This document shows, one piece after another, positions 24,533-36,900 of a stretch of 64,000 nt of DNA. Under the pieces are notes generated by a model that was not told where the DNA came from, searched no databases, and was given only the letters and a program-made list of their open reading frames with translations. Source of the DNA: Enoplolaimus lenunculus (Eukaryota); NCBI GenBank assembly GCA_030248215.1, contig JASANG010001107.1, forward strand, positions 744,001 through 808,000, in the 5' to 3' direction. Every line of letters begins with the position of its first letter. The first letter of the stretch is position 1. Both the position numbers and the translations under genes were made by a program.

Positions 24533-27363
24533 ACCGCCCACGTCTCATTATACTAACCGTACGTTTCAGATAAATATAATTGCCACGCCAACATTATTCT
24601 CAACATCTTTCTCTAAGTACATTACAAAACCTACTCCTGAAGAATACGTACAACAAAACAATATTTCCAAAAGGATATTTTCCTTTAACTCGCAACAGAA
24701 CAGTGTCTTAAAGTACATAAACATCAGAGTGCGAGTGGATATCCGGTTACGGCACAAAATCGACATGCAAAACATGCCGGATTATGCCAACTGCAATAGA
24801 ACTAATTGTTACTTCTACATATTGTTTCTCATACATCTGGAAACTAGAACTGTGTGCCCGAGTACGTTTTATTGTATTACAATAACGCTGGAAAACCTGA
24901 TAAAGATGACCAGTGTTATTCAAAGGGGCAACAATGGCTAAACCGATATTGAAACTGAACTCAATACAAGATTACAATGTTTGCAGTTGAAAAGGAAGTG
25001 TTTTCTTACGAGGTTTGCGACATGCGGATGTTTGGAGGTAAACTGAAACCTCATGCTAATGCTGCACATCGGTAACACGTTGATGTATATGCAGTGCCTT
25101 ATGGCCATCAGATCCTTCGTTTAGTACTCTACTACCGAGTCAAACACTTTACGATCAGCTTTGTGTATATACGTGCTCAATGTGTCGAATCACTACATAC
25201 ATATGTGCCGTTTATGGCTCTAAATATGAATTAGGCTTTCTCCAATGTACAGCATTAGCATAAGCTGGTGTCTATATGCGTCAGCCTGTTACACATAGAA
25301 TAGTAAAATTGGGTCGTTGTTAGTTTAAAATGCATAGTCATCGAATTTACGCTTTGTCACTTTGTCACGTAAAACCTCTATATACTTTAGGCCATGAAAG
25401 AAAGAATTGTTAGCTAGGTGCTAATATTTGATTGCTGCAATTAGTCTGTTGCAAGCTGATAATGGGGTACCATGCAGTCCCATCACTAGCTACATGATTA
25501 CACACCAGTGGTATTCAACATATGTTGTAGAACCTATCAGTTGGTAACAGACAATGAATTATTTAGAAGGTGTCGGGCAAGAGATATAAAGTATAATAGT
25601 TTAAAAAAGTTTTATTTTTCAGCCGTGATTTTTAGAATATAAGAAAATAGTGGATGTGCTAAACTTTTTAAATTTTGGATTAATTTCGTCGTATTATATT
25701 TTGTATCCAACAGTCGCAGCATACGTGTCAATTAAATTTGAACCTATTTTAAACTTAAATATAATAGTAAATTCCGAATTTCTACAAAGGAAACCGAATC
25801 GAAAAGGCGTTTCCCACATCTGAGAATAGTGATCCAGTTTTAGAAACTTACATGATCAATGGCGCGAAGCGCACCTAAATATTTACCACCACGGTTGAAG
25901 CAAGTATTTCACACACGATACTGCAATAAAACTTTATGCGAGCATTGTTTTGTTCACGAGTTTGCTAGAAAAAATAAGGCGAAGTTCTCAATTATACAAC
26001 GATTTAGTTTTGTACTAGTTGGGGACGGAAGCCAATCAGTATTAACACGTCATGACCTGGGCGACAAATATCTCCTGCTGGTAAGTTACAACACAAAATA
26101 AAATAATAGTCGGGTATCACACAAGACTTAAGTTGATTTCTTTGACTGAATTATGCAAAATTCTAATTAAGTAAACCGTCGTACTTATCAAATCCAACTT
26201 TACAAAACCGAAGAAAGTTTAACTTAAGCCAAAGATGGCCTGTTAAACCATGTCTCAGCTACCCAGCCGGTTCCTAAAGAATAAAGATAAGCGGTATTTC
26301 AAACAAAAAGTAGTTTAGTGACATAGCTGTTGTTTCTGGTTAGTTTACATTTGTTTGCGGTAATTAACATTTCACAAATGTTAAACGAATTTTCAGATCC
26401 TAAATGTTCCTGAGGAGTGCCGAGGTTAGAATCCCCTATTCCCTAAGGCAACGGATACGTCTGCCAACAGCCCGATCTGATAGCATTCCAATTCACTGTA
26501 GTTATCGGCAAAGAGTGTCGTCAAAGTATCGACAGTATTTTTGTAGCGCCGTTGCCGATACTCACGAAAAGTGTTAATTATTACCGATGTTGATTAATCA
26601 GCACAACGTAGTTTATTATTTTTGGTTAGGCTTAGGTGTAAGCTTATTCTTACGCTTAAGCTTACGTTTTGCCTCAGTAATATGCGTATACTACTTTTAC
26701 GGCTTAGTTCTCTACATTAGCCATAAAATTAATGAATGCTACGATTGGGTTTTAATTTTTCTTGCTTCGGCTCGCAAATTTATGGACCCCATCCAAATTC
26801 GAGGAGAGTTTCTTCCAGGAACTCAATTTCGTAGATGCAAGCCACTGCCATTCATTACAAGTCTGATCCCAAATTGCTGTATTTCACACACTAACCAGAG
26901 ATGGCTAGGGCTAATACTTGTCGAAATACAAATATATTCTTTAGTAAACTGGAACCAAAATATACTAGCTTCAATGTGCGGTTTAATAGGAATAAAGTTT
27001 GATTACTAACCCATAAGTACTGGACACTGTCAAATAAATAAGCATATTATGTATAGAATGGGACTCTAATTCGAGTTATTTGCGATTGGTTTTAAATTTT
27101 GTGGTTCTGAAAGCGATTCTTTAAAATTGGCTTATCCAGGATAAAACCTGGTTTAGATAAGCCTTTTTGAAACTTTGTGCCGCACTTGCTAGGACCTTAT
27201 GTAGGCTTCGGTGAACCCCACAATGGTCCTAGGCGAGGGTTATGAGGCGTTGTCTCGGCTCTGTTCGTGTGGGTTGGGAGCAGATCCTCTTTTGACTAAT
27301 GGTTTGTTATGTAACGTTTAACCTAGCTGCACGCGCACATTTCACGTGAAGCACTGTTGCTGT

Positions 27364-27779
27364 CAGGGTGCAACCGGAATACCGGTTCCGGTAGGGAAAT
27401 CCGGTATTTTTCACAATCCGGTTCCGGTAAAAAATCCGGTATTTTTTCACCGGAATTTTCCGGTATTTTCGGTGTTGAACGTTTTTTCTCGTTCGAAAAT
27501 TTTAGAAAAATGGGCGTATTCTAACTTATTTATCTCAAATTGTCCGAGCGTGTGTTGTCAAAATTTTCAATTTGTTCCATACTGCATAATTTATCACATG
27601 TTTCCACCTGCTGCATTTGTTTCAGGATTTTGGCATTCTAAATGGTGTGTTTACAGCTTTAAAAGCGATAAAATCCCGCCTAAAATAAATTTTTCGGTGA
27701 CAAATATTTTTTATTTTCCGGTTCTGGTAGTTTTTTTAACTTTCCGGTTCCGGTATTTTATAATTCCGGTTGCACCCTG
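27364..27779. mobile_element. hAT-type MITE (same subfamily as 3333-3725)
   Basis: TIRs; perfect TSD GTTGCTGT; internal sequence similar to the 3333 copy. Confidence 0.92.
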
Positions 27780-27971
27780 GTTGCTGTTGTTTTGATTAAT
27801 TTAATTTTCTAACCCACATGTTGTATGCATAAGAATTTATTCATCATGTTTTAGTTTAACGCTACCTACATAAATACGCAAAATATTTTTGGTTGTGCTT
27901 GTTTACCTACCTACTCTGCAAATTTTTTGCTTAAAGCTATATTTAAGTGTAATATTGTACTAACAAACACC

Positions 27972-30900
27972 ATGTGCGACGCCGAACAGATCCAAGCAGA
28001 GCTTTCTGTCTTGGATCCGATGCAGTTTCCAGCAGCTTGCAGATATCTACAAGACAGTAAGTTCGTGCAGAAGTTAACTTTGTCATGTATTGTTTGATGT
28101 ATCACGTTTCGCTAACTGTCAAATGGACACACGTAGTGGTCGTTGAAAATTCACAAAAACTTTTGAATTTGTAATTTTTCTACGTATAGGTTACGTACAA
28201 GTGTCAGGGACCGACCGGATATTAATATTAACGGATACAGTAGCCGGATAGTAAATTTTATACCGGAACCGGGGCCCGATAAAAATCGGATATAGGTTAT
28301 AAATTTGTGCACTGTTGGTCAGGGATGGGCGGTCTCGGTCAAACTCAGCCTTAATCAATTTTTAATTGTCACCGAAAACAAAATGATAAGTACTTCTAAC
28401 AAAAGTTTTGAATATACGTATTTATTTTTTATCGCTACAAATTGCCGTTTAATTCATACAATTATTAATTGAACTAATAAATCGCCGCCAAACTTTATTT
28501 TTTACTTTATTTACCGCTTAGGTACGGTCGCACAAACTCAACGATTAAAAACTTTCACATAGCAATCTCCCATTGCTATTGAATAGCAGACGTTGTGCGC
28601 ATATGAAAATGACTTTAAATGGATTATATGCGACCGTCAGTGAAAAAGCTCATTCACTTTGCTTGCGTTGTGCAACTTTATTTAATACCTGTTCGCTTCC
28701 ACATCCTCATACCTAACTGAAGCGTTAACCTAAGCCATCCATGTCATAATGTAGTATGATAATCACTTGAAGTAAGCAAGTAGGTACCCAATTTTTAGTG
28801 GTTCACGCTTCCGGCATTTTTTCACCTGCCGGTTCCGGCTCTGGTAAATTTTTATCTGAATTAAAAATTCTGGTATTAAAATTTGATCAGTGGAAATAGA
28901 AATATATTCTGGCGCTCAGGGTGGGCGGTCTCGGTAAGTCTGGGGATTTGGCTGGTCTCGGTCTCGGTTTTGTTCAGGCTCGGTGGTTTGCAAACCGATA
29001 CCAGTTCTGTATTGAAAGGAAACCCAAAACACTTGCATGTTATTGTGACAAAGCATTAATATGTAGTTGCATTTTCGCGTTTAAAACATTTAAGGCATCG
29101 GTTAAAAAATAATGAGTCATCCGTATTTAGAAGTCGCGCTATGTTAAAAAATTTTCCAGTCTATTTGGCTTGCCCGGTTGTAAAAACAACATTACGTATA
29201 GATCTGAATTAGGGATTGTACCGAGGGTGTTTTGTGACAGTGAAATGGTCCTGAGCCTGTACGAAGGATATATAGCAACAGTAGCCAAGTGAAAAATAAC
29301 GTAAAAATAAAGTTTGGCAGCGATTTATTAGTTTAATTGTATGAAGCTGCAATTCAAAGTTGGTAAAAATATTCAAAAGTTTCGTTAAAAATATCTGGTT
29401 TTTATTTTCGGTAATGGTTCAAAATTGTCCGTGACTTAGGCCAAAAGTCTCGGTCTCGCTTTTTTGACCGAGACCGCCCATTCCTGCTGGCGATTGACGA
29501 TTCAATTTCGTTGGAAAAAAGCTGTAGTTTTTACACTGTAAGCGTTCTATATTTTATCGTCGTCTTTGACGTGGGGTCGTGTTAGGAAAAAATGTTTTAT
29601 GCTCGGTAGCTGTCAAAAATTGACCGAGACCGAGACCAAACAGTGTGCCATGCTTAGGGTGCGACCGGATATCGGGTTAATATTCGGGAAAAACTGATAT
29701 CCGTATCCGGTTTCGGTATCCGGTATAAACCTGCCGGATACCGGATATTTACGTTTGTGGGGCCGAATATCATAAAAAGTTTTTTACAAGTGAGCGTCTT
29801 TAAAATTTTGCTGGGATTTCATTTCTGGACAAGTCAAGAAGTTCCAGCTTTGTGCATTAAAAATTTCCGTTTATTAACAGCAATTATAAACGTAATAAAA
29901 CAGCCGGCCGAAAAATGCTATATCCAGTTCCTGTTCCGGTAAAAATTTCAATATCCGGTTCCGGTTTGCCGATTGGTTCTCATTTTATGTTACAACTTGT
30001 GAAATTTTCAGATTTGATTCGTGGTACGTCTGATATTCCTGCTGAACCAGAATATTTGGAACTTGATACCAATCAGCCAATTCGTGTTACTCGCAAGATT
30101 CTCATTCCAGTTCATCGAGCGCCCAGGGTATGGCATTAAAATAAAACGAAAAAATTTCTGTTCTTGCACCTTTGAATACGTATGAAGTACTGTGGTGAGA
30201 ACGATGTCTATAACTCGTGTAGGACTGCTTGTTACGTAATTAACCTTGTAAATAAAGTTTCTATGTCACTGGTTAAAATTTGTTGTACCGTTTTCAGTGG
30301 TGGGGAGCAGGGTGCAACCGGAATTCCGGTTTCAGTTCCAGCATTTTTTCACCTTCCGGCTCCGGTAAATTTTTACCGGATTTAAAAATTCCGGTGTTAT
30401 AATTTTGCCGTTTTCTTAACTTTGCTAATTTTGAAGAATCTCTTTTAAAAGCCACTTAATAAAATAAATACCTATGTTCGACTAAGGTTATTTCACAAAT
30501 AATAGAGCAAAAAATAAGATTAAAATGAAATTTTTGGTGAAACGCATTTTCACTTTCCGGTTCCGGTATAATTTTCAAATTCCGGTTCCGGTAAATTGTA
30601 ATTCCGGTTGCACCCTAGTGGGGAGATATAATGCTTACGTGCGATCGGATATCCGGCGCCGTTTAATATCTGCCAAAAACCGATATCCGCATCCGGTTTC
30701 CATATCTGATCCGATATAAACCTACCGGATATTTACGAATCTGATCCCGAATACCATAAAACTGCTTTTGACCAGGGTTGAAGATTCAATATCCCGTTCC
30801 GGTATTTGTAAATTAATATCCGTTAGCACACTGCTTACCAGCTAGTTGACAGTTTTGACACTCACTACCTTGACATACCGAATGCCTCTATGATGAAAAA

Positions 30901-33900
30901 TATAATGCTTGAGTGAAAGTAAAATGATTCGTTCAAGGAAAATAATCTGAGAGGTTTACGTACACTACCAGTCGTAGTGGGTCTACATTTATTGAGCGAA
31001 GCTCGAACACACTTAAACAGTTAAGCTTAGATATTAGCTAACTATTCATTTATTGGTTTTGGAGGTTGTAAACAATTTATTCAGATTCCTCGCACCCAAA
31101 AAACCATTATTTCTCAAATTATATTACAGTCCGTACGTTGATAACCGCTATAGACTGCGGTTCAGCCCTGATAAAAATTCAGAACTCAAGGCATCTGATG
31201 CATACGTTGTTTCTTTACCGCAGGTTATTATGTGCATATAAATCGCCTTGTGTCGTTATGTTTTGATTCTTATTGAATTGTGTTTTTGATTTGGTAGTGG
31301 TAGATAAATAAATATGCTTACAACGAATGCATCTATGATGATAACTATGTTTTTGAAAGCTGAATGATTCTTCAAGGGAAATAATCTGAGAGGTGTTTAT
31401 CATGGTGCAACCGGTTTAGCCCAATTACGAATTGGGCTAGCCCAGGGCGTAGTTATGACTTGTGCTAGTGTAACGGCTTAATTTTTTATGCGACAAGAGT
31501 ACACCTTGTGATAGGTTACTAGCTTAATGTCATACTCAAATACGATTGGCTGATGCGAATATTCTTTTCTGATTGACTTAAGTAATCGCCAACTTTGGCT
31601 GCCTAACTGTTTGCTTTACAGAGCAAAGCGGAATCAAGCGGGATTACGACTCTATCAAGTAACCAATTAAAAACACTGATTTATCTGACATGATTCCGCC
31701 TTGGGCTAGCCCAAGTCGTAATTCCACTTTGGACTTCCGATTCGGAATTTGGCTGAATCTGAATTACGACTTGGGCTACGACCAGGGTGCAACCGGAATT
31801 ACAATTTACCGGAACCGGAATTTGAAAATTTTACCGGAACCGGAACCGGAAAGTGAAAAATGCATTTCACCAAAAATTTCATTTTAATCTTATTTTTCGC
31901 TCTATTATTTGTGAAATAACCTTAGTCGAACATAGGTATTTATTTTATTTGTTGTATTTTAGATTTTCATCATCGAATGAAGTGAAATCCACCATTAATG
32001 GCTTATATTCGGAGTACAAGTGGCTTTCAAAAGAGATTCTTAAAAATTAGCAAAGTTAAGAAAACGGCCAAATTATAATACCGGAATTTTTAAATCCGGT
32101 AAAATTTACCGGAACCGGAAGGTGAAAAAATGCCGGAACCGGAATTCCGGTTGCACCCTGGCTACGACATATTTTATAATAATATAGAGAACAAATTACG
32201 TTTTAACGGTTTGTCGTAATAAACGTTGTGTTTTATTGCATAAATTTTATGACCAAGTTCAGGTTGTTATAAACAATTTCGTATCCAAAACCGGCGTGCA
32301 GCTTTCCGGTTCCGGTAAAATTTTAAAATTCCGGTTCCGGTAAATTGTAATTCCGGTTGCACCCTGGTGGGGAGATATAATGCTTACGTGCGATCGGATA
32401 TCCGGCGCCGTTTAATATCTGCCAAAAACCGATATCCGCATCCGGTTTCCATATCTGATCCGATATAAACCTACCGGATATTTACGAATCTGATCCCGAA
32501 TACCATAAAACTGCTTTTGACCAGGGTTGAAGATTCAATATCCCGTTCCGGTATTTGTAAATTAATATCCGTTAGCACACTGCTTACCAGCTAGTTGACA
32601 GTTTTGACACTCACTACCTTGACATACCGAATGCCTCTATGATGAAAAATATAATGCTTGAGTGAAAGTAAAATGATTCGTTCAAGGGAAATAATCTGAG
32701 AGGTTTACGTACACTACCAGTCGTAGTGGGACTACATTTATTGAGCGAAGCTCGAACACACTTAAACAGTTAAGCTTAGATATTAGCTAACTATTCATTT
32801 ATTGGTTTTGGAGGTTGTAAACAATTTATTCAGATTCCTCGCACCCAAAAAACCATTATTTCTCAAATTATATTACAGTCCGTACGTTGATAACCGCTAT
32901 AGACTGCGGTTCAGCCCTGATAAAAATTAAGAACTCAAGGCATCTGATGCATACGTTGTTTCTTTACCGCAGGTTATTATGTACATATAAATCGCCTTGT
33001 GTCGTTATGTTTTGATTCTTATTGAATTGTGTTTTTGATTTGGTAGTGGTAGATAAATAAATATGCTTACAACGAATGCCTCTATGATGATAACTATGTT
33101 TTTGAAAGCTGAATGATTCTTCAAGGGAAATAATCTGAGAGGTATTTATCAGGGTGCAACCGGTTTAGCCCAATTACGAATTGGGCTAGCCCAGGGCGTA
33201 GTTATGACTTGAGCTTGTGTAACGGCTTAATTTTTTTATGCGACAAGAGTACACCTTGTGATAGGTTACTAGCTTAATGTCATACTCAAATACGATTGGC
33301 TGATGCAAATATTCTTTTCTGATTGACTTAAGGAATCGCCAACTTTGGCTGCCTAACTGTTTGCTTTACAGAGCAAAGCGGAATCAAGCGGATTACGACT
33401 CTATCAAGTAACCAATTAAAAACACTGATTTATCTGACATGATTCCGCCTTGGGCTAGCCCAAGTCGTAATTCCACTTTGGACTTCATTCGGAATTTGGC
33501 TGAATCTGAATTACGACTTGGGCTACGACATATTTTATAATAATATAGAGAACAAATTACGTTTTAACGGTTTGTCGTAATAAACGTTGTGTTTTATTGC
33601 ATAAATTTTATGACCAAGTTCAGGTTGTTATAAACAATTTCGTATCCAAAACCGGCGTGCAACTTTCCGGTTCCGGTAAAATTTTCAAATTACGGTTCAG
33701 GTAAATTGTAATTCCGGTTGCACCCTGGTGGGGAGATATAATGCTTACGTGCGATCGGATATCCGGCGCCGTTTAATATCTGCCAAAAACCGTTATCCGC
33801 ATCCGGTTTCCATATCTGATCCGATATAAACCTACCGGATATTTACGAATCTGATCCCGAATACCATAAAACTGCTTTTGACCAGGGTTGAAGATTCAAT

Positions 33901-36900
33901 ATCCCGTTCCGGTATTTGTAAATTAATATCCGTTAGCACACTGCTTACCAGCTAGTTGACAGTTTTGACACTCACTACCTTGACATACCGAATGCCTCTA
34001 TGATGAAAAATATAATGCTTGAGTGAAAGTAAAATGATTCGTTCAAGGGAAATAATCTGAGAGGTTTACGTACACTACCAGTCGTAGTGGGACTACATTT
34101 ATTGAGCGAAGCTCGAACACACTTAAACAGTTAAGCTTAGATATTAGCTAACTATTCATTTATTGGTTTTGGAGGTTGTAAACAATTTATTCAGATTCCT
34201 CGCACCCAAAAAACCATTATTTCTCAAATTATATTACAGTCCGTACGTTGATAACCGCTATAGACTGCGGTTCAGCCCTGATAAAAATTCAGAACTCAAG
34301 GCATCTGATGCATACGTTGTTTCTTTACCGCAGGTTATTATGTACATATAAATCGCCTTGTGTCGTTATGTTTTGATTCTTATTGAATTGTGTTTTTGAT
34401 TTGGTAGTGGTAGATAAATAAATATGCTTACAACGAATGCATCTATGATGATAACTATGTTTTTGAAAGCTGAATGATTCTTCAAGGGAAATAATCTGAG
34501 AGGTGTTTATCAGGGTGCAACCGGTTTAGCCCAATTACGAATTGGACTAGCCCAGGGCGTAGTTATGACTTGTGCTAGTGTAACGGCTTAATTTTTTTAT
34601 GCGACAAGAGTACACCTTGTGATAGGTTACTAGCTTAATGTCATACTCAAATACGATTGGCTGATGCGAATATTCTCTTCTGATTGACTTAAGTAATCGC
34701 CAACTTTGGCTGCCTAACTGTTTGCTTTACAGAGCAAAGCGGAATCAAGCGGGATTACGACTCTATCAAGTAACCAATTAAAAACACTGATTTATGTGAC
34801 ATGATTCCGCCTTGGGCTAGCCCAAGTCGTAATTCCACTTTGGACTTCCGATTCGGAATTTGGCTGAATCTGAATTACGACTTGGTCTACGACATATTTT
34901 ATAATAATATAGAGAACAAATTACGTTTTAACGGTTTGTCGTAATAAACGTTGTGTTTTATTGCATAAATTTTATGACCAAGTTCAGGTTGTTATAAACA
35001 ATTTCGTATCCAAAACCGGCGTGCAAGTGTCAGCATATATGCATGCTACGCTTGGTACATAAATGGGTGAATATAAAAAGATCGTAGTCTTGTCTACATT
35101 GTCTCATTTTCTTCACTATGTTTCAGTTCAACTTTGTTGGAAAATTGCTCGGTCCCGGAGGGCAGTTCATGAAAGAGCTCAGCACAGAAAACAAATGCCG
35201 TATTTTTATTTTCGGGCGTGGATCTTCAAAGGATGAACAGAAGGTATATTTGAAACTACAGTCTAACATTTAACTTATGTATTTGTTTTAAATTCTTTGT
35301 TAGCTGCATTTTTTATCGGTGCATTTAACTTAAAGTTGAGTAGTGAGTGAGTGAGTTATCATTTTGAATAAGAATCATCGGCTTGAGTTTCGCCCATGCA
35401 ATCCTAATGAACAAAAAATAAGCATACGGTTCAGAATGCATCCTAATAAAAAAATAATCATACGATTCAGAATGCATCACATTTCTGTAGTACGTACTAC
35501 GTGCATAACAGTTATTATTGAGCGAAGCGAAACTCCGAGCCAAGCTCGGAGTTTCCCGAAGCGTTTTATGTTTTGTACTTGGGAGTCGAAAGGTGGATGT
35601 CCGTCCGTCCGTCTGTCCGTCCGAAAAGAATCTCAGGAACGGCTCAACCGATTTTGATAAACTTTTTTTTGTTTGAAAGCCAATTATCCTGGGGTGTTAA
35701 CCTCGCACTGGGGTTTTAAAATTTTAAGCCGTTTATTAGCTAGAGGCTAATTTGCATAATTAATTAAGCCTATATTAGGACTTTCCACAATATTTCACTG
35801 ATTATTACAGGTATAAGCAATATAATTTTAGCATTAAAGGGTTATTAGGTGCGAGGAATCTGCGTAGACTATTTACAAACCTCCAAAACCGATAAATGAG
35901 CAGTTAGCTAATAGATAATTTGCATATTAGCATAGTTTATAAGCCTAAATTAGGACTTTTTACAATATTTCACTAATTATTAAGGTTAAAAGCAATATAA
36001 TTTCAGCACTAAAGGGTTTTTGGTGCGAGGAATTTGAATAAATAGTTTACAAACAGCCAAAACCGATAATTGAATAGTTAGCTAATAGCTAATTTGCATA
36101 TTAGCTTAATTGACAAGACAAAACTAGGACTTTTTAAATTATTTTAATAATTATTAGGGTTTACTGAAGGGTTTTTGGATGCGAGGAATCTGAGGAAATT
36201 GCTTACAAACCTCTAAAACCGATAAATGAATAGTTAGCTAACAACTAATTTGCATATTGCCTTAATTGCTTACGTGCGTTCGAGCTTCGCTCAATAAATG
36301 TAGTCCCACTACGACTGGTTTTATATATTTTGATAGGAATTGGAGTACCTAGCATCTGGAGATCCACAATACTCGCATTTCAACGAATGTCTTCATGTAA
36401 AGATAGAAACCATTGGTGTACCCCATATTGCATATGAACGGCTATCAAATGTTCTCAAAATCCTAAAAGATCGAGTCGAACCAGTAAGTGTGGCACTATG
36501 TGAATCTAAGTGGACATTGGTTGAGGTTCACTACTGTTTGTCACCCTAGCATTGTCAATAATTGCTATGTAGTTTGCTACTTCAAGCAAATCCTCTGATC
36601 TAAATTGGTGACGTTAGATTGAGAACTAGGTAGGTTTAGGCATTATTTCGTATTAGCAAACGTTCCTTTGAGATTACTGTTAGGCTTAAATTCCTTAAAA
36701 AGTTTTATTCCTGTTCCTGAAAAAGCATCTGATACGTGACTTTATTATGGTGATAACATGGTAAAATTACCAAATATTCGCAGTGGGTGTATTTTTGGCT
36801 AGGGTCAATTATGTTGTAACCTGACGTTATGTAATTGCAGGACGAAGGCGATTGGGGTCAGAACGATGGGTTTGGAATGCAGCCGAGAGGTCGTGGCGGA

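Larger units (their letters stand above)
30553..35026. repeat. Tandem triplication of a ~1.36-kb intronic unit
   Basis: Units start at CTTTCCGGTTCCGG at 30553, 32302 and 33663; near-identical with scattered substitutions; unit 1 is longer because of a MITE insertion. Confidence 0.97.

Noticed and set aside
24369..24941. 190-aa plus-strand ORF
   Set aside because: Antisense to the first XYLT coding exon, non-ATG start, no recognisable domain.
27129..27168. Y RNA or vault RNA (GGC...GCC-TTTTT)
   Set aside because: Only ~40 nt and lacks the family motifs; kept only as part of the hairpin cluster.
27346..27795. 149-aa ORF and similar PVPV/FRFR ORFs elsewhere
   Set aside because: Translations of CCGGTT-rich MITE sequence.
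31053..31241. Duplicated 62-aa ORF (also 34163-34351)
   Set aside because: Overlaps an inverted HINE fragment and is interrupted by a stop in unit 2.
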